A stretch of 59,099 bases of DNA, the filler included, from Diploschistes diacapsis (lineage: Eukaryota): assembly GCA_023645945.1 (NCBI GenBank). It is 4 parts of 4 records of this genome, joined end to end, with 100 filler letters (N's around TTAATTAATTAA, not from the genome) between each part and the next. Parts side by side here need not be neighbours in the genome. Positions count along the whole stretch, not along the records: positions 14,809 to 29,515 come from JALAIB010000589.1; positions 29,616 to 44,311 come from JALAIB010000590.1; 2 more parts are not named here. One strand, written 5' to 3'. This document shows, in pieces, positions 25,629-38,488 of this stretch. The notes beneath the pieces are model-generated. The model was not told where the DNA came from. It saw nothing but the letters and a program-made list of their open reading frames with translations, and ran no database searches. Position numbers and translations under genes: made by a program. Each line of letters opens with the position of its first letter. The first letter of the stretch is position 1.

Positions 25629-25706
25629 GCAACGCACAAAACCTGCCATTAACGCACCGCAAGCATCGTGGTATTGTGATCCATATCTCAAAGCACGGCC
25701 GCACGT

Positions 25707-26342
25707 CTAAACAACTTGATCCACCTTTCCCGTCTCAACATCATACACCCATCCGCTAATATTTGCCTTGTCGCTAACCACCTTACTCGCCCGGAGGAAC
25801 TCCACATCACTCTTCACCGCCTCCTTCAGGTCAGGAAAGGGCTGGAAATCCAAGATGGAAACCTCTTTCCCCGCCTCGGCCCCCAGATTCTTTTCCACGA
25901 TGCCTCTGGCGTCTTCGTTCTTGAACGTCAGCATCCCGCACCCGGTGTGCTTGACGAGGATTATCTCGGTGGTACCGAGGAGCTGGTTGCTGATGATGAC
26001 GGAGCGGAGAGCGTCCTTGGCGTTACCGCCCGCGTTGCGGATGACGTGTGCGTCGCCCAGGGTGATGCCGAAGGCTTGTGCGGGATCGATGCGGGCATCC
26101 ATGCACGTCACTTGGGGAAACGGTCAGTTGAGCTGTGAAGGCAAGGAGACGCCCTAAAGCAAGAAGATAAGAAAAAGGAAGCGTGATGTTGAGGCGAGGG
26201 CGTGAAGGAAACGGAAAGAGGGCAAGGGGAACGAACCGACAACATATTTCTTCGCGGGTGGAAGAGCGAGGCCGGCCCCGTCGAAGGAGGTGGCGTAGGC
26301 CTCGTTCTTGGACTTGAGCTTCTCCTGGATCGAGGTCGCCAT
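25707..26342 (-). CDS. Beta-class carbonic anhydrase (short, clade D-like)
   Basis: Exon 1 MATSIQEKL..LALPPAKKYVV, one intron, then TCMDARIDP..DAHVIRNAGG..HTGCGM..SGWVYDVETG (Cys/Asp/Arg, His-x2-Cys zinc site). Confidence 0.92.
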
Positions 26343-29270
26343 GCTGATAGCTCGTGTGTTCTGCTGGTGCGTTCGAATTACGGTGTTGGGTGGGTGGGTG
26401 CTGTACAACCGTTTTGGGGATTCTTCCTTGAAAGGAATCTGGATACTGGGGCTCTTCTGACGAGCCGAATGGCAGTCCCTTCGGCAACGGGTCTCTGGTG
26501 TTCAGCGAAGCGGATCGACGATACCCTATCTGCTATTATTTACCACTTGCAAATCACAATGCTCGTAATCGCAATAGTTAGTGACATAATATCTGCTGGG
26601 GGCTTTCGATGCCCTTTTATCTATATACAAGGGGCGCAGCTCGCTCGCTCCTTACTATCCTTTCTTCCCTTCTTACCCTCCCTACCCCCACTGCCACAAC
26701 GCACTCCAACTTGCCGAATCGAGGTGTGGGACACACATCTTTTCCCAAACGGGCCCAAAAACATAAAGATCAAGCGCCCCATATGAAGCATCGCGCAATC
26801 ACCACGCCGATAACGCCATCGGCCACGCGCTCCCCGCTTTTCGTCCCTTTCTGTTGCATTAATCTTTCACCGTTTTAGTGTGCAGGATGGGTGGTTCCCG
26901 CTCGCATTGGCAGCCTTTCTGCACCAGCCCATCTTCAGCTACTTACCTCTTTCAGCTACTTACCTCTCACCGTCGTAGAGAACACTCCGAAGCTTTGTAG
27001 CAAAAAGCATCGGGTACGGGAGAGATTATATATTCGGGCAGGCGCTTGGACCGAACAGCCATGCACGCAACCCCTCTGCGAGCATCCTGGCTTTTCCCCA
27101 GAAGCGCTTGTCGCAACCTGAACCCGGGTGCGAGGTTGGGCTCGTTGGAAAAAGGCAGAGGAAGCAAAAAACCCCCTGCACGGGTGGGTCCTTCGACGTA
27201 AACTCGACCTCTCGGCTTCTTGATCACTTTGCAGTTGCTCCTCGGCGTTGTCTGGCCGTGCGTGCCCCCAAGCCTAGGCCCCGTTGTGCAGGCGGGAGAA
27301 GCATCTCCGTGGATGCGATCGCTCTGCTCTGCCCTGCTCTGCTCTTCTCCATCCCCTTCCGTTTTTTCTCCGTGCCTAAGCGGAGCCCCCTTGTCTTTGA
27401 TGCCGCGGGCTCTTTCGATTGTAGGTGATTTCGCTGCAGAGCGAAGTATGGCCGCGGCCAGAGGGGGGGGCCTGGGTTAGGAAGTTCCCTTTCACCCTCT
27501 CCGCTGATCATTCTGTAGATACGGACCTTCATCGCTTGGGCTGCGGGGGTAACGTGCATAAGCTCATGGAAACGACATACCGAGGTGCTCCATGAAGCTA
27601 TACGCAGATTGGAATCCTCTACTCGACGTAGAACCTCCCTATCCATGCTAGGAGCGCTTTTCTGTATTTTCGGCCCCAGCTGAAAGATCATCCATCAGAA
27701 ACCCTTCACTTGGAGCCGTCAAAGACGATGTTTTGGTCGAAGCTAAAGTCCACGGGTAACTGTGGTGTCTGTTCCTGGGAATTGTCGTTCGAATTTCGAC
27801 CTCGCTGTTGTCTGGGTCTTTGGAGTAGGGTCCTGGGTATGCAAACTGGTTGGATACAGGCGTCGTAGATGTCGTGGTTTACCCGAGCCAGTGGCTTCCT
27901 GAAGCACCAGGGGAGATCCCCGAGGTTGCGGAAGGGCGATGGAGCATTCCGTTGTCATCTGTTGGCTCTCTGAAAGGGGGTTCAAGCTTGGCCAGGCCTT
28001 GACCGATTGTGGCTTGGGTGGGCCGAAGCTATGGCTCGAGGCTTTGCACCCGTCCGGTGTTTCTGGATGTCTAGTAGGAGTCGTCGCGCCCCCCTTTCGT
28101 CTTAAGATTGGGTATATTTCTCGTGCCGCGGGCGGTTCCTGCATCGCCTGCTCCTTCCTTGGGGATTCGCTTGATGGCAATTCGCAGAGAAGTAACTGGA
28201 CTGTAAAACGATTGTTTGGATCCAAGTTCATAATAGGGGTATCTTGGCACGGAGCCCTATCCCTTGCCCGGTCTCTCTCCAGCCTCACCAATGCCTTGAT
28301 TTTGGAAAGGCTTAACGCCAACCAACCGGAGAGCTTCAGGAGCTGCCGGAATCGGCGTGAGAATTAAAGTCGCCAAATGGATCCAGCGGACTGGCCGCCA
28401 GGGAAAACATTTTGCGAAATTCTCTGAGGCTATGGGTAGATGGCCTGCAGGTAAGTTGTCTTGGGTTCCCCATCTAACTTCAGTCCTTGCAAGTTCATAA
28501 GCACATAACCTCCCCAAGAATGTTTCTCTTTTTTTCTCTCGTCCCCATTAATTGTGTCGATAATGATACAACCAACCCATAAACCAACCCATAAAAAACC
28601 GAGGAGTCCCTTCCCCACCACTGCTTCGAGACACGTATATTACTCTAGCAACCTTCAACTGAGGCGATAACTGTTGTTCGCCTACTGAAGCCTTCATCGC
28701 GCCTACCTACCTACCAACCATACTGATTCTTCAGTCCCTCTTTAGAGTCTTCGCAAGTTCCGTGCAGCCATTACGCCGTTACCGAGTTGTGAACAACTCC
28801 AGTAGAGTACGGTCCCTGAACATACGCATGCTGGCACGAGGAGCATCTCCCATGACCTATTCGGGCTTTTTCTCTGCCCTGAAGGGTTTTTTTACCAAAA
28901 AGATAAGATGAACCGATGGACACTGAGCAGCCAGTCCTTATCCAATAGTGATTGATTCGTTTGTTTTAGCAAAGGCAAAACACATCGGACACATGAAGCT
29001 ATAATTTGCAGATTGTTGCTTCAGGATGTTCCGCTAACTTGCCGCGTGGGTTTCTAGTGTGATTCGATTGCATAGTGTGTTTAAATTGTCTAGCTACAGA
29101 TTTATAAATAAAAGGTATTCCGTCAAGTCTTTTCGGACTTAGGGCTTAACTCCGTAATAAAACCACATCCTTTCCTACTAGAATATAAGCGACTCGCTCA
29201 TTAGTTACTTTTTATATTCATAAAACATTCCTTTTGATCAACTTCCTCTTTATAAATGTATCGTTCTAGT

Positions 29271-29515
29271 TAGGCTGGCCGTCACTGACACTGACACGGC
29301 CGTGTCAGTGACACGGATACTGACAGTATCAGTGTCCGTGTTTTAGATTTTTTAACTGCGGTGTCCGTGTCCGTGGATTTACGGAAGTGCAGTATCCGTA
29401 TTAATATTAATATTTTAAAATTTTTAATTATAATATCCGTGTCCGTGCTTTTATTATAATATAATATCCGTATTAATGTCCGTGGCGAAAATTTTTTTAT
29501 TACGGTATTTATATC
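29271..29515. mobile_element. Second, truncated copy of the hAT-like MITE (inverted relative to 66-528), RIP-mutated
   Basis: Starts TAGGCTGGCCGTCACTGACACTGACACGG and aligns by eye with the reverse complement of ~295-528, mostly with G>A/C>T differences. Cut off by the contig end. Confidence 0.85.
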
Positions 29516-29615
29516 NNNNNNNNNNNNNNNNNNNNNNNNNNNNNNNNNNNNNNNNNNNNTTAATTAATTAANNNNNNNNNNNNNNNNNNNNNNNNNNNNN
29601 NNNNNNNNNNNNNNN
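29516..29615. other. Artificial contig linker
   Basis: N44-TTAATTAATTAA-N44. Confidence 0.98.
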
Positions 29616-30451
29616 GGGGGGAGGTGGGTGGGTTGAAGCGGCATGGGCAAAGGTGATGCCACTTTTCGGCCTTTACCTCCCAAATAGAGTACATGCAAGC
29701 ACTTCGGGGGCGAGTTGGTTAGCCAGCAGTTTATTATTACTGGTAAAGAGAAAAAAGAAAGGGCTGTTTATCACGGGCGTTGAGGGTGTGATGTGTCGAG
29801 TTTTCTTTTCCGGCGTTCGGCGTGTCTCTTTGTCAGGTGACTCGGGTTTGGACTCGCAACAAAGTCGGTCCGAAAAACCCTCTCTAACTAAAGAGAAATT
29901 AGGCCTGTTTCACCACACCACCACCACCACCACCACACACACCCCAAAACAGAGTTGCGTTCAATGCGAGCGATACGCTCTATGTCTACGGCCATGACCA
30001 TCTCTTAAAAAAGTTTGTTGATTGAATCGAGAGAGCTTTCTATATGCACCCGGAAAGCTAATACTACGGTTCCAACAGTGAAACAGCTTGGACGTCGAAC
30101 CGTGTTAAAGGGGATCCGGAACGCATGATGGAACGGGAGAGAAATACGGATGATTGTCATGTGTCTTCATTTCATATTCATGTCTCTTAGGTTCCAAATG
30201 GTATTATACCCTACTAGCCACGACGAGAAGAAGGTCTGAACCGGCCTGCATGTCCTCCGTACAATCGGCTGAAACAGAATGCGGTAACATGCGCGACGTT
30301 GTTTCGGCCCAAAGCCACCAGTAATCGAAAAGGTTGTTCCCCATGCTGCTCATGCCCGTACTTGGTCGCCAGTCTAGAAAACAAATTCTTCCCAATGTTG
30401 AAGCGCCAGGAAAATGCCGTAGTGAAATGTAAAATTGTGTCTCGTATAAAA

Positions 30452-31416
30452 TCATGACTCTAATTTAATAGCTGTCGAGCTCGGACTGCGCACCTCTTTA
30501 TTCTCCGTGAGTAGCGATGAGATGGCAAAGGAGCTCCTGCATGGAACCAATGGCGTATTCTGTGTGGTACGAGGAACATTGACCGGGTGGAAGAAACTTG
30601 GTAGTGGTCCTTCGCCAAAGGGTGGTTCGAGCGATGGCGTCAGGTGGGCCAGAGGACTCTGTGGACTTCGATTTGGTGGGGTGGGTGGATAATTCGAGTA
30701 GCGATTTGCGCAGGTTCTCCGCCAAACATCCTCCAGTATACCAGGGTTGGTCCCGTCGCCGTATTGCTGAGCAACGGCCGCCCAGAAAGGGCCGCGGTTG
30801 GCGTCGTATATCTGCGAGAGCCTCTGCTTGTTGATACGACCGTATTCCTCCATTCGCTCTGCGTCTTGTGTGATTAATCTTAAAGCATTGGCAGGTGGCA
30901 GCACGGGCTGAGGAGCCGCAGGCTTCGGAAGTATTGGTACGGGGTGTTGTGGGGACGAGTGCCGAGTAGTACCTCGAGAGGTATTTTCTGGGCTTTCGGG
31001 GGGCGATATATTCGGGAGAGGTCGTTGGGGGACTGTTGCGTGTTCGACGCCTGCAGTCGAGCAAATCGAGCGAACGGACGAGGCGGAAGAGCCTCGCCGC
31101 CTTCGCTTGGTTCCGAATGATAGCTGGTGATAATGTAATCGGCACGCTAGCTCTGTCTTCTGGAGATGAGCTGCAATGTGTTTGTAAGGCATCTTGTGTT
31201 GCCTGGTTTCGATGAGGTAGTTCTCCTGGAAAATACTATCAGTCACGCAGAGCGATACCAGAGCAACAGACAAGGCCATACCTCTTCTTCCGACCAGGCT
31301 CTTCCCCCTCCTGCAGAGGATGCTATCCTCTTCTGCGACGGAGGTTGTCTCTCCTCCGTTAGACGGGGAGAAGCCGATAGTTGGTGAATCTGGGCAAGGG
31401 ACCCAGTGGCTGCCAT
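30452..31416 (-). CDS. Myb/SANT-domain putative transcription factor
   Basis: Exon 1 31416-31282 (..GGRAWSEEE), intron 31281-31226, then ENYLIETRQHKMPYKHIAAHLQKTELACRLHYHQL. Basic NLS (KRRRR) and Pro/Ser-rich tail. Confidence 0.8.
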
Positions 31417-34400
31417 GTTACGTGAAGCTCGAGCAAGGGACAGTGTTTGAAATGACAGGACAACAGAATGTTAAGTATGATGAACAATCGAAGCCACAGG
31501 CTTGTGGCACAGCAAAGGCCTCGAGACGGGCCGGCGTAAGGAAAGACGAGGGCGCGTATGTGAAGCACCAGCTGCTAGAAAAAGAACGTAAGGTTGAAAA
31601 CGAATGCCCAGCCAGTGGGAAAAACCAGCCCAGAAAGGTTCGAAAAGAAAGAATGGAAGTAGGGAGACACCAAAGCAGAGCGACGACAACAGAAAAAGTC
31701 AAAAAGCATTGTCGCTCGGTGGAGAAGATGAACCATATGTATCTTGGACAATGTAGCAGAAGTCTGATTGCCTGATTCAATCATGCATGATTTCGGTTGT
31801 TTGAAAAAGATTCAGAGCCGTTTCCGATTCTGCGTCTACTAGGCAAGACACAACATGGATGGGTATGGAGGAGAAGTAGGGCTGGCAGCAGCACGTCGTC
31901 TAACTTGTTTGAGCTTGACGTTCGCTCCTCCGGTCGAGATTGTACCACTTCGTAAACAGTAGCAGGCCCGGTGCAGAGACTGCAAATGCATCCGCTATCG
32001 ACAAGAAATGGGTTTGAAACCTGGTACACAAAGGCGAGAGAGAACTATGAGGTTGGATCCTCCGAAGATTTCTAGAGCGAGCACAGTTAAAATACCTCTG
32101 GGCGAGGATCTGCGAACCAGTCAATGCAGACAACTATACACCATATTCAGTATCCAGACCGCTGCACCGAATCAGGAACCGATACTTTAGCGCCAGATGC
32201 GAAACGCATGAAGTCGAGACGTTGAAGGAAGAGTAGAATAGTTTTAGCAGGAGATGAATTTATGCGGCTCTTGGCTGCTGACTGTACAGAGCTCGAAGAG
32301 AGGAGAATCCAAATGTCATCTTCTTAGTACAAACCTCCTTCTTGCGATGTGTGTAATCGCAGCATGCCTGTGGTTTCCCTTCTATATCCTGGATACTTAA
32401 AGCTGGGTCCTGGCTAAGGACAGCGCCTCAATAGCTGGTTCTACGAGATATCTCTACGAAAATTCCAGATCTTTGAAGCATCTTGTTCGCTTTCGGGCCA
32501 CGTCCGCTGCGCTTACTGATCCTATTCGCCACTTCTTTTTGCACACATTGTTCCACGAACTTATCATACGCACCAGTTCCGAGCTGTTGGTTCTTCGTTT
32601 TGGATCCAGGTGGCGCCTAATACAGGACCTCTGATTGCCTCGGTTTCATGGGTTTTGCTTAGGCAGCACTCAGCATAATGAGGGGCAAAGCAAAGCATTT
32701 AGGAAGCGCTCAGGGGCCAGTAGTCCAGCCACAGTAAGTACACGAGAATGGTATTGTACACAGAGTGAAGCTCTCCCAGAACTGAATCGATTGAATGCTC
32801 TTGAGATCAGCATCTGAGCGAATCCGCCAGTGGCGTCAAGTACTGTGTGGTCCCGTCAGTTATTGTTTCTGGGCCGATAACGTCTTCCCATTGACTGATT
32901 GTAACTATACCTCTGCTATCCTTCCAGAGCTATGGAGGTAGAGGGGCATCCAAAGGTAGGGCCGGGTCGTATCGGTTACCAAGGAGAACTTCATTTTATC
33001 CATCTTGCCTAGCCCATGGTCATTGGAGGAAGAGGGATCGTCAAGACAAAGAGCGTGGCTAGATAGAGTTGTGGACGTATATGCGCGTCATATTGGACAC
33101 GTATCCAGCTCTGGCTGGATGAAGTACTCTTGAGCTTTTCTCGGCGACCGGAATGCTGTTCCGCAAGGATGGGCCCGTCTGTTTAGAAGGTACAGAGAAG
33201 ATTTGGAAGCGAGGTGCATGTCAAAAGATCTCGTGAGTGCCATCACGGGGACAGACTGTCTTCCATGGGGCGTGTTGAACGATAGGAGCGGGCCGTTATC
33301 TGCATGTATCTGTCGGTCGAGGATTCGGTGGCCAAGGACAGGACAGCCAGCTGGTAGGGGTTTGGGTGTGTGTTGTGTTGTGCCCTTTGGTGGGCTCCAT
33401 GATAGTTCGTTCTATCTAAAGCCTCCTAGGACCTTAGCGAGGGTTTAGCGAGTCCCTAAAGAGCTTAGCTTCAGCTGCTTCGGCAGCATTTCTAGGTGTC
33501 TAGGTGTCGAGTTGTCTGGTGGGGGAGTTAAACAGCCCCGGGGGTATAAACAAATCTGCCGGGGCCGAGCATTGGGAATTCCTGCAGCGCCCAACAACAG
33601 CTACAGTACTAGTAAGTATATTAGGTACCCGGTACAATACAGTACTATACATGCCCGAGGCAAGGGAAGGGTGGTGTGAGCAGATAGTGTGAGCAGATAT
33701 CGAGCACTGAGACCCCGGGAATTGTGTGCTTCTCTTTGTTCTCATTTGCCCATTCGTCTGCGCTCTACTCAATGCTAGTTGCGCTGCTCCTGCATGTACG
33801 AAAGTACGAGGGCCCCTACCCAACTACTGGCACATCATACCTAATATGTGATAGACACGTAGTGAGTGTGATGAAAGCCTGCTACTAGTAGTAGATAGTG
33901 ATTAATATTAGTCCACTAAATAAAGCTTGGCATGCGCTATCTTCAAAATCTTCTATTCCCGGGGATAAGAAACTTCTCCTCATGTATCCCCAAGTATCTT
34001 CCATGTATCTTTACCGTGCAAACGTGAGGAATATACCTCTCCCACCTCTTATGTCGTTTTGAATTAGCCCAGCCTTCTTAGAGAAGCGCAAGAGGCTAGA
34101 TCAAGGGAAGTTCGGTCGCTCTTTTCTTGCTCCAGCGACCCTCTTCCTTAGCGAAGCGAAGATCGTCCACAGAAGTGCTTCGACAACAACAGGAGCGCAT
34201 CCCATCTCGGCGGAATGGCGCGCTTCTTGCTCGGGAATAAGCCTTTTTCTGAATGCGCTCAAAGACGAGACAGGGGGTTGTCATCATCAACCTTAAAAAA
34301 TGCCTTCCGAAACACTAAATCACAGCCGAAAGATCTACCACAGTCGTACCCAAGAGCCGGTGCCAACCTCCACCCGATCCACAAAGAAAAAGGCCCCATG

Positions 34401-35051
34401 TTTTACGAATCTGCGCAGGGCCTTAAGAAGGAGAGACTTCGAGTTACATCTTCATCATGTACCCATCTTGTCACTCTCCTGTCTACTACCATCTCGGTCC
34501 ATTATTTGCGGGGTTAGCGTCACACCCATCCGTTATTTTCTTTTCCAATCCTCTCGCGCACTGTGGTACCTGGTCGTGGCGGTTCGGGCCAGCGTATGTG
34601 AGGTACCTTGGATATTTAGAGACAGAAGAAGCAAAGCAGTGGCCGACTGATCGCTGTAGTAGCAGACGCTATCGCGTGTTGCATGCTTGCCACGATCTTC
34701 ACTTTCGCCTGTTGTCCTTTCCTCTTTTTTTCCTCGTCTTATTTGAACCTTCCCATTCCCTTCGGGCCTCCAAGAAAAAGCATCTGGCCAGAAGGTCCAG
34801 CAATAGCGTGCCACGGACGTGCGGTGCTACGTGGTGCAGTCAGTCAATGGCGTTCAGGAAAATACTGTTCCTACGGTCGTTGCTTGATGTTTTCATGCCA
34901 TTGCTCCACAGCTCGCATTGCTAAGCTTTGGAACTGCCGCTGCCGCCGCTCGCTATATCATCCGCATTTTTCATTAATTGCAACCTTTGACCTTGCGAGA
35001 ATTGTGACAGACGCGTGCGCACGGTGCTGTGTTGGCTGGCTGAGCCCTTGT

Positions 35052-36055
35052 ATGATGGCGTAAGTCGAAGAGAGAGAAAAAAAAATTGACGTGCCTGGAT
35101 TGGACCGTCACTACTGGCCAACCCTAGTCTGAGTAAGGAAATTGTAGCTCCATAAGCTCACACGCTTTTAGATCCTCCCCTTCCTCTAGGCGTCAAAAAC
35201 AACAATCGGCTGTGAATCAACCTCTATTCTCACAGCCACCTCAGTCGTCCATACAATCTGCTCAGAACACGCTGTCGACACCATCGTCTACTGAAAAGCA
35301 AAATGAATTGATCTTGCCGGCAGTTACCTCGTCATTCCCTTTCACCTCGCCCTCTGCGGTCGCACGCGCACCTCCCTCAGCCTCATCATCCTCGAGTAGG
35401 AAACGAAAAATGGAGCACAGCGCGCCCGCGCAAGACCCAGCCTCAATACTCGGAGTATTCGGGGATCCGGGTGGCTCAAGCCTTGCCCAGGAAGCTAACG
35501 CGGAAAGCGCGTCAGGACCACCGGCAAAGAAAACTAGGACTAACACGCCTTGGACGCCAGCGGAAGAGAAACGCCTGAAAGAGTTGAGAGACGCTGGTAC
35601 TTCATGGAGCAAAATTGCAGAGGTAGAAGCGCTTGACCTGCTCTTCTCGACTTGCCTTTTCTAACAACCAGCTGTTAGACATTTCCAAATCGAACCGAAG
35701 GAAGTGTCAAAAAGCACTGGTATAAGGTAGATGTGTTGCTTCCGTATCAATTCTTATGCAGAACTCATACTCCATAGGATATGCACTACGCAGAGTTTGC
35801 AGAGGATGAGGTAAGGTTACCGCCAGTAAACTCACGACACGAAGATCGTTTTAACAACCTATCGACAGAGTGCTGCTTTACTCGAAGCTATAAAGGAATA
35901 TGACGCTCAGAAGTGGAAGATTATCGGCCAAAAGGTTGGCAAGCCTGCGAAGGTCCGAAGTTTGCCGGTTCTTACTGTTCAGAAAAGCATGGGTCGCTAA
36001 CCGCGTCCAGGCCTGCGAACAGTATGCAAGAGATCATTTTGCGGGAAGGATCTAA
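35052..36055 (+). CDS. Myb/SANT-repeat DNA-binding protein
   Basis: Spliced product TPWTPAEEKRLKELRDAGTSWSKIAE|TFPNRTEGSVKKHWYK|DMHYAEFAEDE|SAALLEAIKEYDAQKWKIIGQKVGKPAK|ACEQYARDHF. The first exon (ATGATGGC|gtaagt at 35052-35059) is inferred. Confidence 0.8.
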
Positions 36056-37045
36056 TGTTTGATACCCCGATGGAAGGCGACAGAGCGTCTCGGAATTCGG
36101 GGTGAAAAGCTTTAATTCTGATGAACTTGGGGATGTTTGAGGGATACCCATTATTAGCGCTTACATCGCTGGGAGGTTATCTGGGGATGGGTTGTTGGGA
36201 GGAATATACCTCTAGAAGCATTTAGCTTTGTTATATGATGGGGCTTCTTGAGAGTATACTTTCAAGAATCCTTGCATACGTCAAGCTATAGCATCTTGAA
36301 GCCTTCTTCCCCAAACGGTTTTCTTGAAATATGAGAGCAGGAGGGCTTTATACACATATACAACGTCGTCCAAAATATCAGGTAGGCTTCAAGACCATCA
36401 CGGTTTGGCTTTATTAAAACCGCAGGCTTCGAAACATGATCATAACGCTCAATAAGAGCGAGAGGCCGCCATACGGAACTGGCTCAAGGAGACCTTGAAG
36501 CTCTCTTGAGGTACCTTTTGCCCACCTTGAGTAATAATGTAGTAAATAGAGGACTCCAGCAGCGAAGCAATTCTCAGTGACATGAACTGCGATTGTTGAG
36601 GAAATGATGGCCTGGTGGAAAAGCAACATAGTATGTTCACGAATGGATCTCTTTGTTGCCCCAAGTCAAGGGGATCTCGGAAAAGAAACGATCCTACCCA
36701 CACCGGCCAACCCCCTCTGCGGAGCTAACTTTAGTTAGTCTCTTCTGCTGCCAGGAAGGCTGACTCTCGTATTCTAACATCCTAAGGGCTTCTTTTCGCC
36801 CTTCCCTCTTGCTCTATATCCAGTCACTCGTTTATAAAACAATGGCACTGTTCTTCGTCTAGTCTGATCGTTATCTTCCCTACGCTGGCGCCACCTGGGA
36901 GCCGTCAAAGTCTCCCGGCCTTACAGAAACTTGTGTGATTGATGCCAGCGCTGTCAAAACCATACAAGAGTTGCTGCCATCTGCGTGGTTTCCCTAATAT
37001 CCACCGACCGACTGCTGGCAAAATCCATCGGCAAACCTCAAAACG

Positions 37046-38488
37046 ATGGGCGTGCTCCGAACCCTGATTACGGCCACGACATTACTGCTGGCGATTGTCA
37101 AAGCCGATTCGCAACCGCAGTGTAGTCCGAGCAACTTATGTCCGCAAGATACACCATGTTGTTCTCGTGAGTATTTCTATCGGCGCAAGTACCAAGTGGA
37201 TAAGCCTCTTACTGATATGCCCTGCTTCGGTCAGAGTACGGCCAATGTGGAGTTGGCGCCTACTGCCTCGGGGGATGTGATCCAAGGTCCTCTCACTCGC
37301 TCGACTCGTGCATGCCCGCTCCGATATGCGGCGCAGAAGATTCCAAGTTCACATCGATGAACGGAATAACGCAAGATACTACATACTTGGGCAATGCTTC
37401 TTCTACAGGATGGGTCGCTAGCGGTACGCCGAAGCAGTTCAACGATGGTGGGAATGAGGTGGTTCTGCTCACCCTCCCGCAAAATTCGGCCGGAACTCTG
37501 CTCGCAAGCTCTTCGTATGTGTGGTATGGAAAGATTTCGGCGACAATGAAAACATCACGGACGCAGGGCGTGGTGACCGCCTTCATCCTGCTTTCGGATG
37601 TCAAAGATGAGATTGATTTCGAGTTTGTCGGCTACAACACATCGCAAGCTCAGTCAAACTTTTACTGGCAAGGTGTGAACAATTGTAAGCCACCGTACGA
37701 ACCAAGCGAAGGAGGTACTGAATCTGGCAGTCACCAACGGACGAAACCACTCCGTAGACGATACTTTCGACGATTACCACACGTATACAATCGACTGGAA
37801 GCCGGACACGCTGACATGGTCTATCGATGGTAACGTGGTGCGCACCCTGAATCAAGCCGATACTTTCAATGCGACCACGAACGCTTGGGGGTACCCTCAA
37901 ACGCCAGCTCGGGTGCAGATGTCGCTCTGGCCAGCCGGTACATCAGCCAACGCTCCTGGTACCGTGGCATGGTCCGGTGGAATGATAAATTGGAACGCGC
38001 AAGACGTGCAGCAAGCAGGCTATTTCTATGCGATGATCAAAGAGGTCACCATTGAATGCTACAGTCCGCCCCAGGGAGCCTCACAGAGTGGCAACCAGGC
38101 ATATATATACGACAACAACTCCGGGCTGAACGATACCGTGGAGGTTGTGAATAAGAACACTGTGTTGAAGTCTTTACTGGGCACGGGCTTGGATCCTAAC
38201 GTGGCCGTTTCTTCCGGCGCCGCGCCGTCTTCAACGCCGACCAATCTCGTTCCTGGTGCGGATTCGGGCCAAGGAGGTGCCGGTCAAGGAGCCAACGGCA
38301 ACCAAGGAGGCTCTGGCTCCGGAGGTACTCCCGCCGGAGGAGCGCCTCAGCCCAGCGGAAGCACTTTCTTTGGATTCTCACAGAACGGAGGCGGGACAAG
38401 CGAAGGGGCGAATTTGAAGGACGACAGGATGCTGCGGGGATCGATGCTGGCAGTCTTGCTCGCTATAGCTGGCCTGCTTGCCATGTAA
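37046..38488 (+). CDS. UTR2: GH16 chitin-glucan transglycosylase with CBM18 and GPI signal (Crh2/Utr2-like)
   Basis: Signal peptide, Cys-rich CPQDTPCCS..YGQCGVGAYCLGGCDP, catalytic DEIDFEFVG, YPQTPARVQMSLWPAG, Gly/Ser-rich linker and hydrophobic C-terminus. Two introns. Confidence 0.88.

Noticed and set aside
27000..28650. ORFs 27743-28321, 27224-27691 and 28257-28517, and GC-rich stretches as a possible gene or structured RNA
   Set aside because: No domain, splice model or ncRNA consensus that I can support. A real orphan gene cannot be excluded.
66..29515. Two inverted MITE copies appearing to bracket ~29 kb like a composite transposon
   Set aside because: They lie on different contigs separated by a synthetic linker, and the enclosed genes are mostly housekeeping.
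30498..31145. 215-aa alternative-frame ORF inside the Myb gene, and similar antisense ORFs within GC-rich genes
   Set aside because: Shadow ORFs expected from codon bias, with no motifs.
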